Source: Gammaproteobacteria bacterium
GTDB lineage: Bacteria > Pseudomonadota > Gammaproteobacteria > Steroidobacterales > Foliamicaceae
Assembly (NCBI GenBank): GCA_026707445.1
Contig: JAPOWV010000008.1
Coordinates: 15,855 to 79,854 of the forward strand
Direction: 5' to 3'
DNA length: 64,000 nucleotides
Under the pieces are notes generated by a model. The model ran no database searches and had not been told where the DNA came from. It worked only from the letters and a program-made list of their open reading frames with translations. A program made the translations under genes and the position numbers. Below, one piece after another: positions 8,758 through 16,971 of the stretch. Every line of letters starts with the position of its first letter. Position 1 is the first letter of the stretch.

Positions 8758-10033
8758 CGGCCGTTCGGGTGCGGTTCATGTTGTCGGTGCTGGACTAGCG
8801 GGACTTTCGACGGCAGTTTCCCTGGCGGCCGCGGGACGGCCAGTCACGATATACGAGGCCGCCGCCCAGGCCGGCGGGCGCTGCCGTTCCTATGAGGACG
8901 CCCGGCTTGGATGCCAGATCGACAACGGCAACCACCTGCTGCTCAGCGGCAATAAGGCAACCCGGCGCTATCTGAACGCGACCGGCGCCGGCAACGCCCT
9001 GATCGGGCCTGACCGGGCCTGTTTTCCCTTTCTCGACGTTCGCAACGGCCGGCGATGGTCCTTTCGGCCGGGCGCCGGAAAGATTCCGTGGTGGATCTTC
9101 GACAAAAGGCGGCGGGTACCGGGCGCGCCGGCCTGGCGTTATCTTTCGGCGCTTCGGTTCGCTTTTGCCGGACCGGAAAGCACCGTTCGGCAAACGGTGG
9201 GCAACAGCGGCGTGCTGTTCGAGAGGCTGTGGGAGCCGCTGGCGGTTGCGGCGCTGAATACGTCCGCCAGCACGGGGGCCGCGCGCCTGCTATGGCCCGT
9301 ATTGCGCGAAACCTTCGCCAGGGGTGAGGAAGCCTGCCGGCCCCTGGTGGCAAGGCAGGGCCTGTCCGAGGCGTTTGTGGAGCCCGCGCTTCGCATGTTG
9401 CGCGGAAATGGCGCGAGCATCCGATTCAAGAAACGGTTGCAGGCAATCGAATACCGGGACGGCCGCGCACGCATGCTGGGCTTCGGCACCGAAACGACCG
9501 CGCTCAAGGACAGAGACAACGTCGTTCTGGCGGTGCCGCCGGCGGCGGCGGCCGCGCTGGTCCCGGGATTGACCGTGCCCGAGCAAAGCAATCCCATCGT
9601 CAACGTGCATTTTCTGCTGTCGAGCCCGACCGATATCGCGCCGGAACTTCCGTTTATTGGCCTGATCGGCGGCACGGCCCAATGGCTTTTCGTTCGCGGC
9701 CGGATCGCGTCCGTAACGGTCAGCGCCGGCAGCGACCTGGTGCACGAAACCGCCGAGGTGCTTGCCGAAAGGACCTGGCGAGACGTGGCGACAGCGTTGG
9801 CACTGGACCCGAAGATCCTGCCCGGCTATCGCGTGGTCAAGGAGAAACGGGCCACGATGGCGCAAACGCCCTCGCAGGTCCGCCGGCGACCGGCGACTAC
9901 CTGCGGCTACCGAAATCTTTTCCTGGCCGGTGACTGGATCGACACCGGGCTCCCGGCCACAATCGAAAGCGCCATCCGCTCCGGTGAAAACGCAGCCCGC
10001 GCCGCGTGCGCAAGGAGCTCTCTCGAGGCTTGA
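8744..10033 (+). CDS. hpnE: Hydroxysqualene dehydroxylase HpnE (FAD-dependent amine-oxidase-like)
   Basis: Dinucleotide-binding motif VHVVGAGLAGLS..YEAAAQAGGR and C-terminal LFLAGDW. ATG 8744 overlaps the hpnD 3' end by 14 nt. Confidence 0.85.
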   Translation: MGSSSGRSGAVHVVGAGLAGLSTAVSLAAAGRPVTIYEAAAQAGGRCRSYEDARLGCQIDNGNHLLLSGNKATRRYLNATGAGNALIGPDRACFPFLDVRNGRRWSFRPGAGKIPWWIFDKRRRVPGAPAWRYLSALRFAFAGPESTVRQTVGNSGVLFERLWEPLAVAALNTSASTGAARLLWPVLRETFARGEEACRPLVARQGLSEAFVEPALRMLRGNGASIRFKKRLQAIEYRDGRARMLGFGTETTALKDRDNVVLAVPPAAAAALVPGLTVPEQSNPIVNVHFLLSSPTDIAPELPFIGLIGGTAQWLFVRGRIASVTVSAGSDLVHETAEVLAERTWRDVATALALDPKILPGYRVVKEKRATMAQTPSQVRRRPATTCGYRNLFLAGDWIDTGLPATIESAIRSGENAARAACARSSLEA

Positions 10034-10069
10034 CCCATCGTCCGGGTACGGTCGTAATATAGGGCGGCC

Positions 10070-10795
10070 ATGGGCAAGCGACCCGCAACCTTTTCACTTG
10101 TAATCTGCGCCGGATTGATCGCCGGCGGCGGCGCGATGGCGCAGACGGACTACTACGAGGGCGAGGACCGCGAGCATTACGTCGGCAACGCCGGTTCCTT
10201 CTATCCCCAGTTCGACATAGGCAGCACCGCGCCGCCGGAAGCGACGGCGGCGATCGAGTCGCTGGTGACGGACTTCGCCGGCCGCTGGCGCGCGGCGACC
10301 TGGACGACGGTAAAGGATGTGTTCAATCCCGACGACGAACCGTACGTGCTGCTCGCCCATCAGCCGGACTGGCTGGTCGGATGGGACGATCTCAACGGCT
10401 ATTTCTCGAGTAAGCCGACAATGCCCGAGAAGAGCATTCCCGACGAGGCGCCGCCGGGACTGCGGGAAATCGAGGCCAGCCATTACGAATACCGCGCCGA
10501 AGGCGAGCTGGCAGAGATGATGTACACGCCGGACCGCATCCGGGTGCGCATGATCGACGACGGTCTCGCACTGGCGATCTGGTACGTGGATTTCCAGTTC
10601 AAGCCCCGGTTCGGGTCGGCCAAGGGCGAGCACTTCAAGGCCAATGCCGTGTTCCGCAACACCGACGACGGCTGGAAGTTCATTCACTACGGCGAAGCCC
10701 CCATGTCCGCCATCATGTACATGGAGCGGCTGTACCGCAGCCAGGTCAGCCAGGAGTTTCTCGACCTTCTGTCCAGTGGGAGGAGGCCGCAATGA
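10070..10795 (+). CDS. Secreted NTF2-like (SnoaL/DUF4440-like) protein
   Basis: N-terminal signal peptide (FSLVICAGLIAGGGAMA-Q). It is a paralog of the next gene (AIESLVTDFAGRW.. vs AIENLVLEWADRF..; ..NAVFRNTDDGWKFIHYGE vs ..NAVFRRKPEGWMFIHYAE). Fold assignment is by pattern only. Confidence 0.6.
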   Translation: MGKRPATFSLVICAGLIAGGGAMAQTDYYEGEDREHYVGNAGSFYPQFDIGSTAPPEATAAIESLVTDFAGRWRAATWTTVKDVFNPDDEPYVLLAHQPDWLVGWDDLNGYFSSKPTMPEKSIPDEAPPGLREIEASHYEYRAEGELAEMMYTPDRIRVRMIDDGLALAIWYVDFQFKPRFGSAKGEHFKANAVFRNTDDGWKFIHYGEAPMSAIMYMERLYRSQVSQEFLDLLSSGRRPQ

Positions 10796-11400
10796 GAAAG
10801 GCGTTACTGCTTGGCTGGGTGTTACTGCTGCCTGCAGGACTTCCCGCTGACTCCATCCTGCACGAAGAAACCAGCGCCCCGCCCGAGGTGGCCGACGCCA
10901 TCGAGAATCTCGTGCTCGAATGGGCCGACAGGTTCAACCGGGGCGACTGGGTCCGGATCCACGACACGTGGGACCCCGACGAAGAAGCGCCGTATTATCT
11001 CGGCGAGGAACGCGACCGCTGGATCATGGGCAAGGACGGCCTCTACAGTTATTTCAACCCGCCCGGCTTTGTTCGATCGCTGATGGAAAGCGTCAATATC
11101 GTGCCCTACCGGCTGCGCGTGCGGCAGGTCTCGGATTCCATCGTCATCGCCACCTGGGACAACCGCCTCGACCTCAAGGTGCGCACCCGCCCGGCGATCA
11201 ACGACGACTATCGCGTCAATGCAGTGTTCCGCAGGAAGCCCGAGGGCTGGATGTTCATTCACTACGCCGAACTGGCCTGGGCCGCGCTGACCTACATGGA
11301 ACACCTCTACCGCAAGTCGGTCTCGCCCGGCTTCCCGGAAAACGCCATGCCCTTTGACCGCAACTGGCGCCCGGCGGACGAAGAAACCACACCGAACTGA
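10792..11400 (+). CDS. Secreted NTF2-like (SnoaL/DUF4440-like) protein, paralog of 10070..10795
   Basis: Start overlaps the previous stop (ATGA). Signal peptide MRKALLLGWVLLLPAGLPA. Collinear similarity to the upstream gene. Confidence 0.6.
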   Translation: MRKALLLGWVLLLPAGLPADSILHEETSAPPEVADAIENLVLEWADRFNRGDWVRIHDTWDPDEEAPYYLGEERDRWIMGKDGLYSYFNPPGFVRSLMESVNIVPYRLRVRQVSDSIVIATWDNRLDLKVRTRPAINDDYRVNAVFRRKPEGWMFIHYAELAWAALTYMEHLYRKSVSPGFPENAMPFDRNWRPADEETTPN

Positions 11401-11446
11401 GTGGCGCACACAGAAGACCGAATCCCAACGGCGGATTCAGCAAGTC

Positions 11447-12463
11447 ATGAGTGAGTATTCATTGCATCCCGGCGACAAGGCCGGTATCCACGATGCTCTG
11501 AGGGCGCTTGCCGCAGCCGAAGGGAAAGCGCTCGACGACGCCATAGAGCGGATCTATCATCCCGATGCCCGCTGGTACGGTTCCCATCCTATCAACGAGC
11601 TTGAGGGAACCGATGCCATCAAGGACGTCTGGCACAACCTGCGCCGTTCCTTTCCGGACATGGAGCGGCGCGACTCGATCTTCCTCGTGGGCGAATCGGG
11701 CAACAGGCATTACGCCGCGTCGGTCGGCATCTATCAGTCCAACTTCGCGGCCGACTGGCTGGGTGTGCCCGCGACGCACGGCGTGGCGCACCTGCGTTAC
11801 GGCGAAGCGCACGAACTGGTTGACGGCAAAATAATCCAGACGTATGCCCTGTGGGACCTCCTGGATCTCCTGCGTCAGGCGGGCATCTGGCCGATCGCAC
11901 CCAGCCTTGGAGCCGAGGTGGCGTGGCCCCCGCCGGCCACGGCCGACGGAGTGCGGCTGGGCGAGGAAGACGCGGAACAAAGCGCCAGCAGCATCGCGCT
12001 TGTGCTGGCGATGCACCAGGGCCTGTTCCGGTTTGACGGCAAGGACCTGGACAGCATGCAGCAGCACAAGTACTGGACCCGGAATTTTCTCTGGTACGGC
12101 CCGGCCGGCATCGGCACGGCCAGGGGAATGGAAGGATACAGGGCGCACCACCAGGCGCCTTTCCTGAGGGCGTTTCCCGACCGCGGCGGCGCGGGTCACT
12201 TCATCGACATGGGCTGCGGCAGCTACGCCGTCACCGGCGGCTGGCCGAGCGTCCAGGCGACCCACGCCGGACCCGGCTGGCTGGGTCTGGCGGCCACCGG
12301 AAAGCGCGTGACGATGCGCGTAATGGACTTCTATCGCATCGAGAACGGGCTGATCGCCGAAAACTGGATTCCGCTCGACGTCATTGACGCCTTGTTGCAA
12401 CTCGGCACGGACGTAATGGAGCGCGTGGCGCACCTGAGGGGCAAGCCGAACACCAGGCTTTGA
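11447..12463 (+). CDS. Double-domain SnoaL-like ester cyclase family protein (no signal peptide)
   Basis: Two repeats of the SnoaL/ester-cyclase pattern (..VDGKIIQTYALWDLLDLLRQAG.. and ..ENGLIAENWIPLDVIDALLQLG..). Start taken at ATG 11447. The ORF from 11354 overlaps the preceding gene. Confidence 0.7.
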   Translation: MSEYSLHPGDKAGIHDALRALAAAEGKALDDAIERIYHPDARWYGSHPINELEGTDAIKDVWHNLRRSFPDMERRDSIFLVGESGNRHYAASVGIYQSNFAADWLGVPATHGVAHLRYGEAHELVDGKIIQTYALWDLLDLLRQAGIWPIAPSLGAEVAWPPPATADGVRLGEEDAEQSASSIALVLAMHQGLFRFDGKDLDSMQQHKYWTRNFLWYGPAGIGTARGMEGYRAHHQAPFLRAFPDRGGAGHFIDMGCGSYAVTGGWPSVQATHAGPGWLGLAATGKRVTMRVMDFYRIENGLIAENWIPLDVIDALLQLGTDVMERVAHLRGKPNTRL

Positions 12464-12465
12464 CG

Positions 12466-13680
12466 CTACAGCTTGCGCCCCAGCTTCGCGGCGAGGCGCA
12501 GGCGCAGGGCGTTCAGGCGGATAAAGCCCGTTGCGTCGCCCTGGCTGTAGGCGCCGCGGTCGTCCTCGAAGGTCGCCATGCCCTCGTCAAACAGGCTGTC
12601 CGGAGAACGGCGGCCGAGCACCGTGACGGACCCCTTGTACAGCTTCAGTCGTACGAGCCCGTTGACGGGTTCCTGCGACTCGTCGATCAGCGCCTGCAGC
12701 GCCTTGCGTTCCGGGGACCACCAGTAGCCGTTGTAGATCAGATTGGCATAGCGCGGCATCAGCTCGTCCTTGAGGTGGGCCACCTCGCGATCGAGCGTGA
12801 CGGACTCGATCGCGCGGTGCGCTTTCAGCAGGACCGTGCCGCCGGGCGTCTCGTAACACCCGCGCGACTTCATGCCCACGTAGCGGTTCTCGACCAGGTC
12901 CTGGCGCCCCACTCCATGCGCTCCGCCCAGTTCGTTCAGGCGCGCGAGCAAGCCCGCGGGACTCAGCCGCTCGCCGTCCAGCGCCACAGGATCGCCGCAG
13001 GCAAATTCGATCTCCACAACCAGCGGTTCATCCGGCGCCGCTTCCGGGGACACGGTCCAGCGCCAGATGCTCTCGTCGGGCTCGCGCCAGGGGTCTTCCA
13101 GGTCGCCGCCCTCGTAGGAAATGTGCAGCAGGTTGGCGTCCATCGAATAAGGCGACTGGTCCTGCTGCTCGAAATCCACGGGTATGTCGTGTTCCCGGCA
13201 ATAGGCCAGCAGCTTCTCCCGGGAGTTCAGGTCCCACTCCCGCCACGGGGCGATTACCTTGATGCCGGGATTGAGCGCGTATGCCCCCAGTTCGAACCGC
13301 ACCTGGTCATTGCCCTTGCCGGTGGCGCCGTGGGCGATGGCGTCCGCGCCGGTCTCCTCCGCGATTTCCACCAGGCGCCTGGCGATCAGCGGCCGGGCGA
13401 TAGCGGTGCCCAGCAGGTATTCCCCTTCATACAGCGCATTCGCGCGGAGCATGGGGAACACGTAGTCGCGGGCAAAAGTCTCCGTGAGGTCTTCGATGTG
13501 GATTTCCTCCACGCCCATCGACTTCGCCTTGGCGCGCGCCGGCTCGACCTCCCCGCCCTGACCGATGTCGGCGGTAAAGGTCACCACCTCGGCGCCGCAG
13601 GTCTCCTGAAGCCACCGGCAGATTACGGACGTATCCAGCCCCCCGGAGTAAGCCAGCACAACCTTTTGCGCGCGCTCCAT
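12466..13680 (-). CDS. argG: Argininosuccinate synthase
   Basis: [16 protein letters not shown]-binding motif and full-length collinearity with ArgG. Confidence 0.97.
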   Translation of the reverse strand: MERAQKVVLAYSGGLDTSVICRWLQETCGAEVVTFTADIGQGGEVEPARAKAKSMGVEEIHIEDLTETFARDYVFPMLRANALYEGEYLLGTAIARPLIARRLVEIAEETGADAIAHGATGKGNDQVRFELGAYALNPGIKVIAPWREWDLNSREKLLAYCREHDIPVDFEQQDQSPYSMDANLLHISYEGGDLEDPWREPDESIWRWTVSPEAAPDEPLVVEIEFACGDPVALDGERLSPAGLLARLNELGGAHGVGRQDLVENRYVGMKSRGCYETPGGTVLLKAHRAIESVTLDREVAHLKDELMPRYANLIYNGYWWSPERKALQALIDESQEPVNGLVRLKLYKGSVTVLGRRSPDSLFDEGMATFEDDRGAYSQGDATGFIRLNALRLRLAAKLGRKL

Positions 13681-13730
13681 CCCCGAACTCCAGTGGCCGC
13701 TCCGTCAATGGGAGTAGCGATCCGGATGAA

Positions 13731-14855
13731 TTACCAGCGGGCCTTTTCCTTGAACTGCTGGTAGGCCTCGTCGAGCCCTTCCGGCAGGTAGTCCAGGAAC
13801 GCGCCCGGCGCGTAGCGGGACTTGTAGCCGTCAAGCACGTGCGCGTAAAGCTCAGCGTGGAAATCCGGAATCCGATGCTGCTCGCGGAAATCGGCCATGG
13901 GGATCCGGTAGTTGATCAGTTCCTCGTGATGGCCCTCCACCTCGGCAAGGATCTTTCCGTCCGGGCCGATGATGACGCTGCCGCCGCCGCCCGCGGTCTC
14001 GAAAAAGCTCTTGTTGCCCGGCGAGACGGCGTTGTTCGACAGCGCGCCGTATACCTTGTTCGACTGGCAGACATTGCGCATGTCGAGGTGGTTGTATCCG
14101 CCCGTTGACGTACGGATGATGATCTCGGCGCCCTTGATCGACATGGCCCTATAGAGTTCCGGCTCCATCTTGCAGGGCGAGATGCAGATGTTGCCCACCG
14201 AGGTCCGCGCCACGGGAATCACGGCATCCCAGCCATACATTTCCACGTAGCGCTCCAGCACCTCGTAGACGGAAGTGGTGAATAGCTCGAAGCCCACGAA
14301 CACGCCATGGATGTTGCGGGCCTTCCACTGCTGGGAAACGATCTCGCCGTCCGGCCCGATCACCACCGCCACGCTCATGATGTGGCGCGGCCAGTCCTTG
14401 TACTGCGCGTAGGTTCCGAAGGAGATATAGCAGTTGTGCTCGCGCGCCTTGGCGCCGATGGCTTCCGTTTCCTCGCCCGGCAATTCCGGGGCGAAGCTCA
14501 GTATTTCGGAGCGCGTCCACCGGTCCCAGCCGGTCAGGGGAAACTCGTGAAAGGCCAGAAAGTCCTTGTGGCCGCCGTAGTACTGCGCCCTGTCGATCAA
14601 CCACAGCATGTGATCGAGGTTCTTCTTCAGCGTCTGCTTCGTATTGGAGGCATCCACGGGATGAACGCGCGACTGCACAACGCCGAAGTTCACGGTGTCG
14701 CTGCGCAGCGGCACCGTGGGATACGTGCCGTCGGTGCTGCCGGCGGTCTCGGCCGCCGAGGACTTCGAGGCGGTCAGCGCCGGCATTGCGGCCATTCCCG
14801 CCAAAGCGCCCGCACCGCTCGACAGCAGGCTGCGACGTGTTATCTGGTTTGTCAT
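13731..14855 (-). CDS. Carbon-nitrogen hydrolase (nitrilase superfamily) with twin-arginine signal peptide
   Basis: MTNQITRRSLLSSGAGALAGMAAMPALTA is a Tat-type signal. Candidate Glu-Lys-Cys triad: FHEFPLTGW, WKARN and GNICISPCKMEPE. GGAGGA precedes ATG 14855, which overlaps the upstream stop as ATGA. The ORF-track extension to 15266 is a GC artefact. Confidence 0.8.
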   Translation of the reverse strand: MTNQITRRSLLSSGAGALAGMAAMPALTASKSSAAETAGSTDGTYPTVPLRSDTVNFGVVQSRVHPVDASNTKQTLKKNLDHMLWLIDRAQYYGGHKDFLAFHEFPLTGWDRWTRSEILSFAPELPGEETEAIGAKAREHNCYISFGTYAQYKDWPRHIMSVAVVIGPDGEIVSQQWKARNIHGVFVGFELFTTSVYEVLERYVEMYGWDAVIPVARTSVGNICISPCKMEPELYRAMSIKGAEIIIRTSTGGYNHLDMRNVCQSNKVYGALSNNAVSPGNKSFFETAGGGGSVIIGPDGKILAEVEGHHEELINYRIPMADFREQHRIPDFHAELYAHVLDGYKSRYAPGAFLDYLPEGLDEAYQQFKEKARW

Positions 14856-15754
14856 GGTTTTTCCTCCATTTGATTGGCGCGCTTCTCGTCCACGTACTTC
14901 TTGAACTCTTCGTAGAAGGTCGTTGTGTTCCGGGTGACCTCCTCGGGAGAACGCAGGTATTCGGGATCGTTTCTTTCCATGTAGTCGAGCATGTCCGCGG
15001 GCAGGTCGGTGACCTTGGCAAGCTTCTTCCCGCGCGTCGACATCACCAGGCCGCCGGCCCAGCGTCCCATCTCCATCCAGGGCGCCCATTGGCGGTTGGA
15101 GACCCAGCTTACGCTCGCGGGCGCCGCGCCCAGGTCGTGGTTCTCCAGGTCCGCGCGCTTGACGTGGTGGTTGTAGACCGCGGCGCCCTGGTAATAGGGG
15201 CTTCCGACATAGGCCGGGTATTCCTCCATGCTCAGCGGCGATTCTCCGAAAAACATGAGGTCCCAATAGAAAGTCACGTCCCCCATGTGCTCCGTATACG
15301 GCTGCAGGGCCGATCCGCCTTCAGCCGGGTAGTCGAAACGGCCGTTCACGTTTATGTTCCGGATGTGAAAAACCTGCACCTCGCGTTCGGTGAAGGGGTT
15401 GAACCAGCGATCCAGCACCTCGCCGGTGTCCGGATCCTGGAAATACACGCATTCCCGGTTCAGCCAGTCATAGCCGCCCTCGTCCCTGACCGTCCTGGAG
15501 ATGACGAGGGCGCTGGTCTTGAACAGCAGCCTGCTGGGTTGCCCCGGAACGAAACTCCAGACATGACCGGTGCTCCACAACGGCGCATCGGCCCCTGAAA
15601 CATCCGATCGCGCCTTGATATACGCGTCGAGATTGTCGCGGGGATCATCCAGATCAAGCGGCCGCCGGTTCGCGCTCTCCGCCTTCGCCACAGAACCGGC
15701 GACACCAGCGGCAACCGCCGACGTAATGAACGAGCGTCGTGTGCTCTTGCCCAT
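14852..15754 (-). CDS. Tat-signal hypothetical protein (possibly DUF1838-like)
   Basis: MGKSTRRSFITSAVAAGVAGSVAKA is a Tat-type signal. 300 aa. The DUF1838 assignment is from memory of family features and unverified. Confidence 0.6.
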   Translation of the reverse strand: MGKSTRRSFITSAVAAGVAGSVAKAESANRRPLDLDDPRDNLDAYIKARSDVSGADAPLWSTGHVWSFVPGQPSRLLFKTSALVISRTVRDEGGYDWLNRECVYFQDPDTGEVLDRWFNPFTEREVQVFHIRNINVNGRFDYPAEGGSALQPYTEHMGDVTFYWDLMFFGESPLSMEEYPAYVGSPYYQGAAVYNHHVKRADLENHDLGAAPASVSWVSNRQWAPWMEMGRWAGGLVMSTRGKKLAKVTDLPADMLDYMERNDPEYLRSPEEVTRNTTTFYEEFKKYVDEKRANQMEEKP

Positions 15755-15775
15755 ATTCCGATCCTCCTCTCCCGA

Positions 15776-16486
15776 TCAATAGGCTAATGGATTCCCGGGC
15801 GATTCGATGAACCTGCCGCTTTCCTCCAGCGTGAGGCGGGCGACCAGCCCGCGGAAGTCGCGGATCGCAGGCGTCAGTTCCAGCTTCGCGAACTCGCCGC
15901 CCATGCGGGTCTTCACCCAGCCGGGGCAGATGCTCACCACGGTGATCCCGCGGTCCGCCAGGTCCCCGGAAAGCAGTCGCGTGACCATGTTCAGCGCGGC
16001 CTTGCTGGTGCGGTAGGCGTAGAGGTCGCGCTGCGCCCGGCTGATCGATCCCTCGATCGAGGACAGCGCGACGAACTTGCGCTGCTCACTGCGGGCGATG
16101 TGCTCCACAAAGGATTCGGCGCATTTCAGCGGTGCGAGCGAATTGACCGTCAGGACTTTGCGCACGATCCCGTAATCGATGTGCCCGAACGATTGCCTCA
16201 GATCCGACTCCGCCCCGGGCTTGGGTCCGAACAGGCCGGCGTTGCTGAGGAACACGTCGATCGTTTCGTCCTGCAACTCGTCGGCCAACGCCGCGATGGC
16301 GTCGAAGTCCGACACGTCCAGCGTGAACGCCTGCACGTTGTCCTGCTCGGCCAACTCCAGCAATTCTCCGGCCACTGCCGGATTGCGATAGGTGGCCAGC
16401 ACGCGCCATCCATCGGCCGCATATTGGCGCGCGAACTCCAGGCCCAATCCGCGATTGGCGCCTGTGACCATTACGGTTGACGACAT
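15776..16486 (-). CDS. Short-chain dehydrogenase/reductase (SDR) family oxidoreductase
   Basis: VTGANRGLG cofactor motif and the YRTSK (YxxxK) catalytic motif. Confidence 0.9.
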   Translation of the reverse strand: MSSTVMVTGANRGLGLEFARQYAADGWRVLATYRNPAVAGELLELAEQDNVQAFTLDVSDFDAIAALADELQDETIDVFLSNAGLFGPKPGAESDLRQSFGHIDYGIVRKVLTVNSLAPLKCAESFVEHIARSEQRKFVALSSIEGSISRAQRDLYAYRTSKAALNMVTRLLSGDLADRGITVVSICPGWVKTRMGGEFAKLELTPAIRDFRGLVARLTLEESGRFIESPGNPLAY

Positions 16487-16574
16487 CTGTTTCTCCCAAC
16501 CCGCGTTCCGGAGTTGAATCGTACACCTGCAAACCGATTTCCGGAAATCATGGCCGCTGATAAAGTACGGGCCG

Positions 16575-16967
16575 ATGAGCGAGATACTGCAACCACCCGG
16601 TTGGCCGCGCCCGAAAGGCTACGCCAACGGCGTCTCGGCACAAGGCAGGCTGGTGTTCACGGCCGGCCAGGTCGGCTGGGACAGGCAGGGCAAATTTCCG
16701 AACACGCTGGCAGGGCAGGTGAAGCTGGCGCTCGCGAACGTGGTGGCCGTGCTGGCCGAGGCGGGGGCCGGGCCGGAACACCTGGTGCGGCTTACCTGGT
16801 TCGTTACCGACCGGCGGGCCTACCTGGACGCGCAGTCGGAAATCGGCACGGCCTATCGGAGTGTGTTGGGCAAGCACTACCCCGCCATGAGCCTGGTCGA
16901 GGTCTCGGCCTTGGTCGAACCGAAGGCGCTGGTGGAAATCGAAGCCACCGCCGTGATCCCGGAATAG
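16575..16967 (+). CDS. ridA: RidA/YjgF family reactive-intermediate deaminase
   Basis: 130 aa with the typical RidA pattern (GYANGV..VFTAGQVG..LVEIEATAV). Confidence 0.88.
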   Translation: MSEILQPPGWPRPKGYANGVSAQGRLVFTAGQVGWDRQGKFPNTLAGQVKLALANVVAVLAEAGAGPEHLVRLTWFVTDRRAYLDAQSEIGTAYRSVLGKHYPAMSLVEVSALVEPKALVEIEATAVIPE

Positions 16968-16971
16968 TGCC

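Noticed and set aside
12460-13764. Long ORFs antisense to or overlapping confident genes. Examples: 12460..13764(+) opposite argG, 21398..22903(+) opposite the helicase, 26748..28574(+) opposite rnr, 35070..36746(+) opposite mutL, 32798..34099(+) and 55783..57282(+).
   Set aside because: In GC-rich DNA, stop codons are rare on the antisense strand. The products are Arg/Pro/Gly/Ala-rich with no motifs, and each lies fully inside a gene with strong family signatures.
13731-15266. 5' extensions of ORFs in the supplied track. Examples: 13731..15266, 48072..50540, 49865..50692, 7513..8757, 18149..19609, 19519..20925, 33776..34240, 37681..38658 and 51312..52928.
   Set aside because: The extensions overlap the upstream gene. 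They lack similarity to the family N-termini and are low-complexity. An internal start with an SD or stop/start overlap reproduces the expected protein length.
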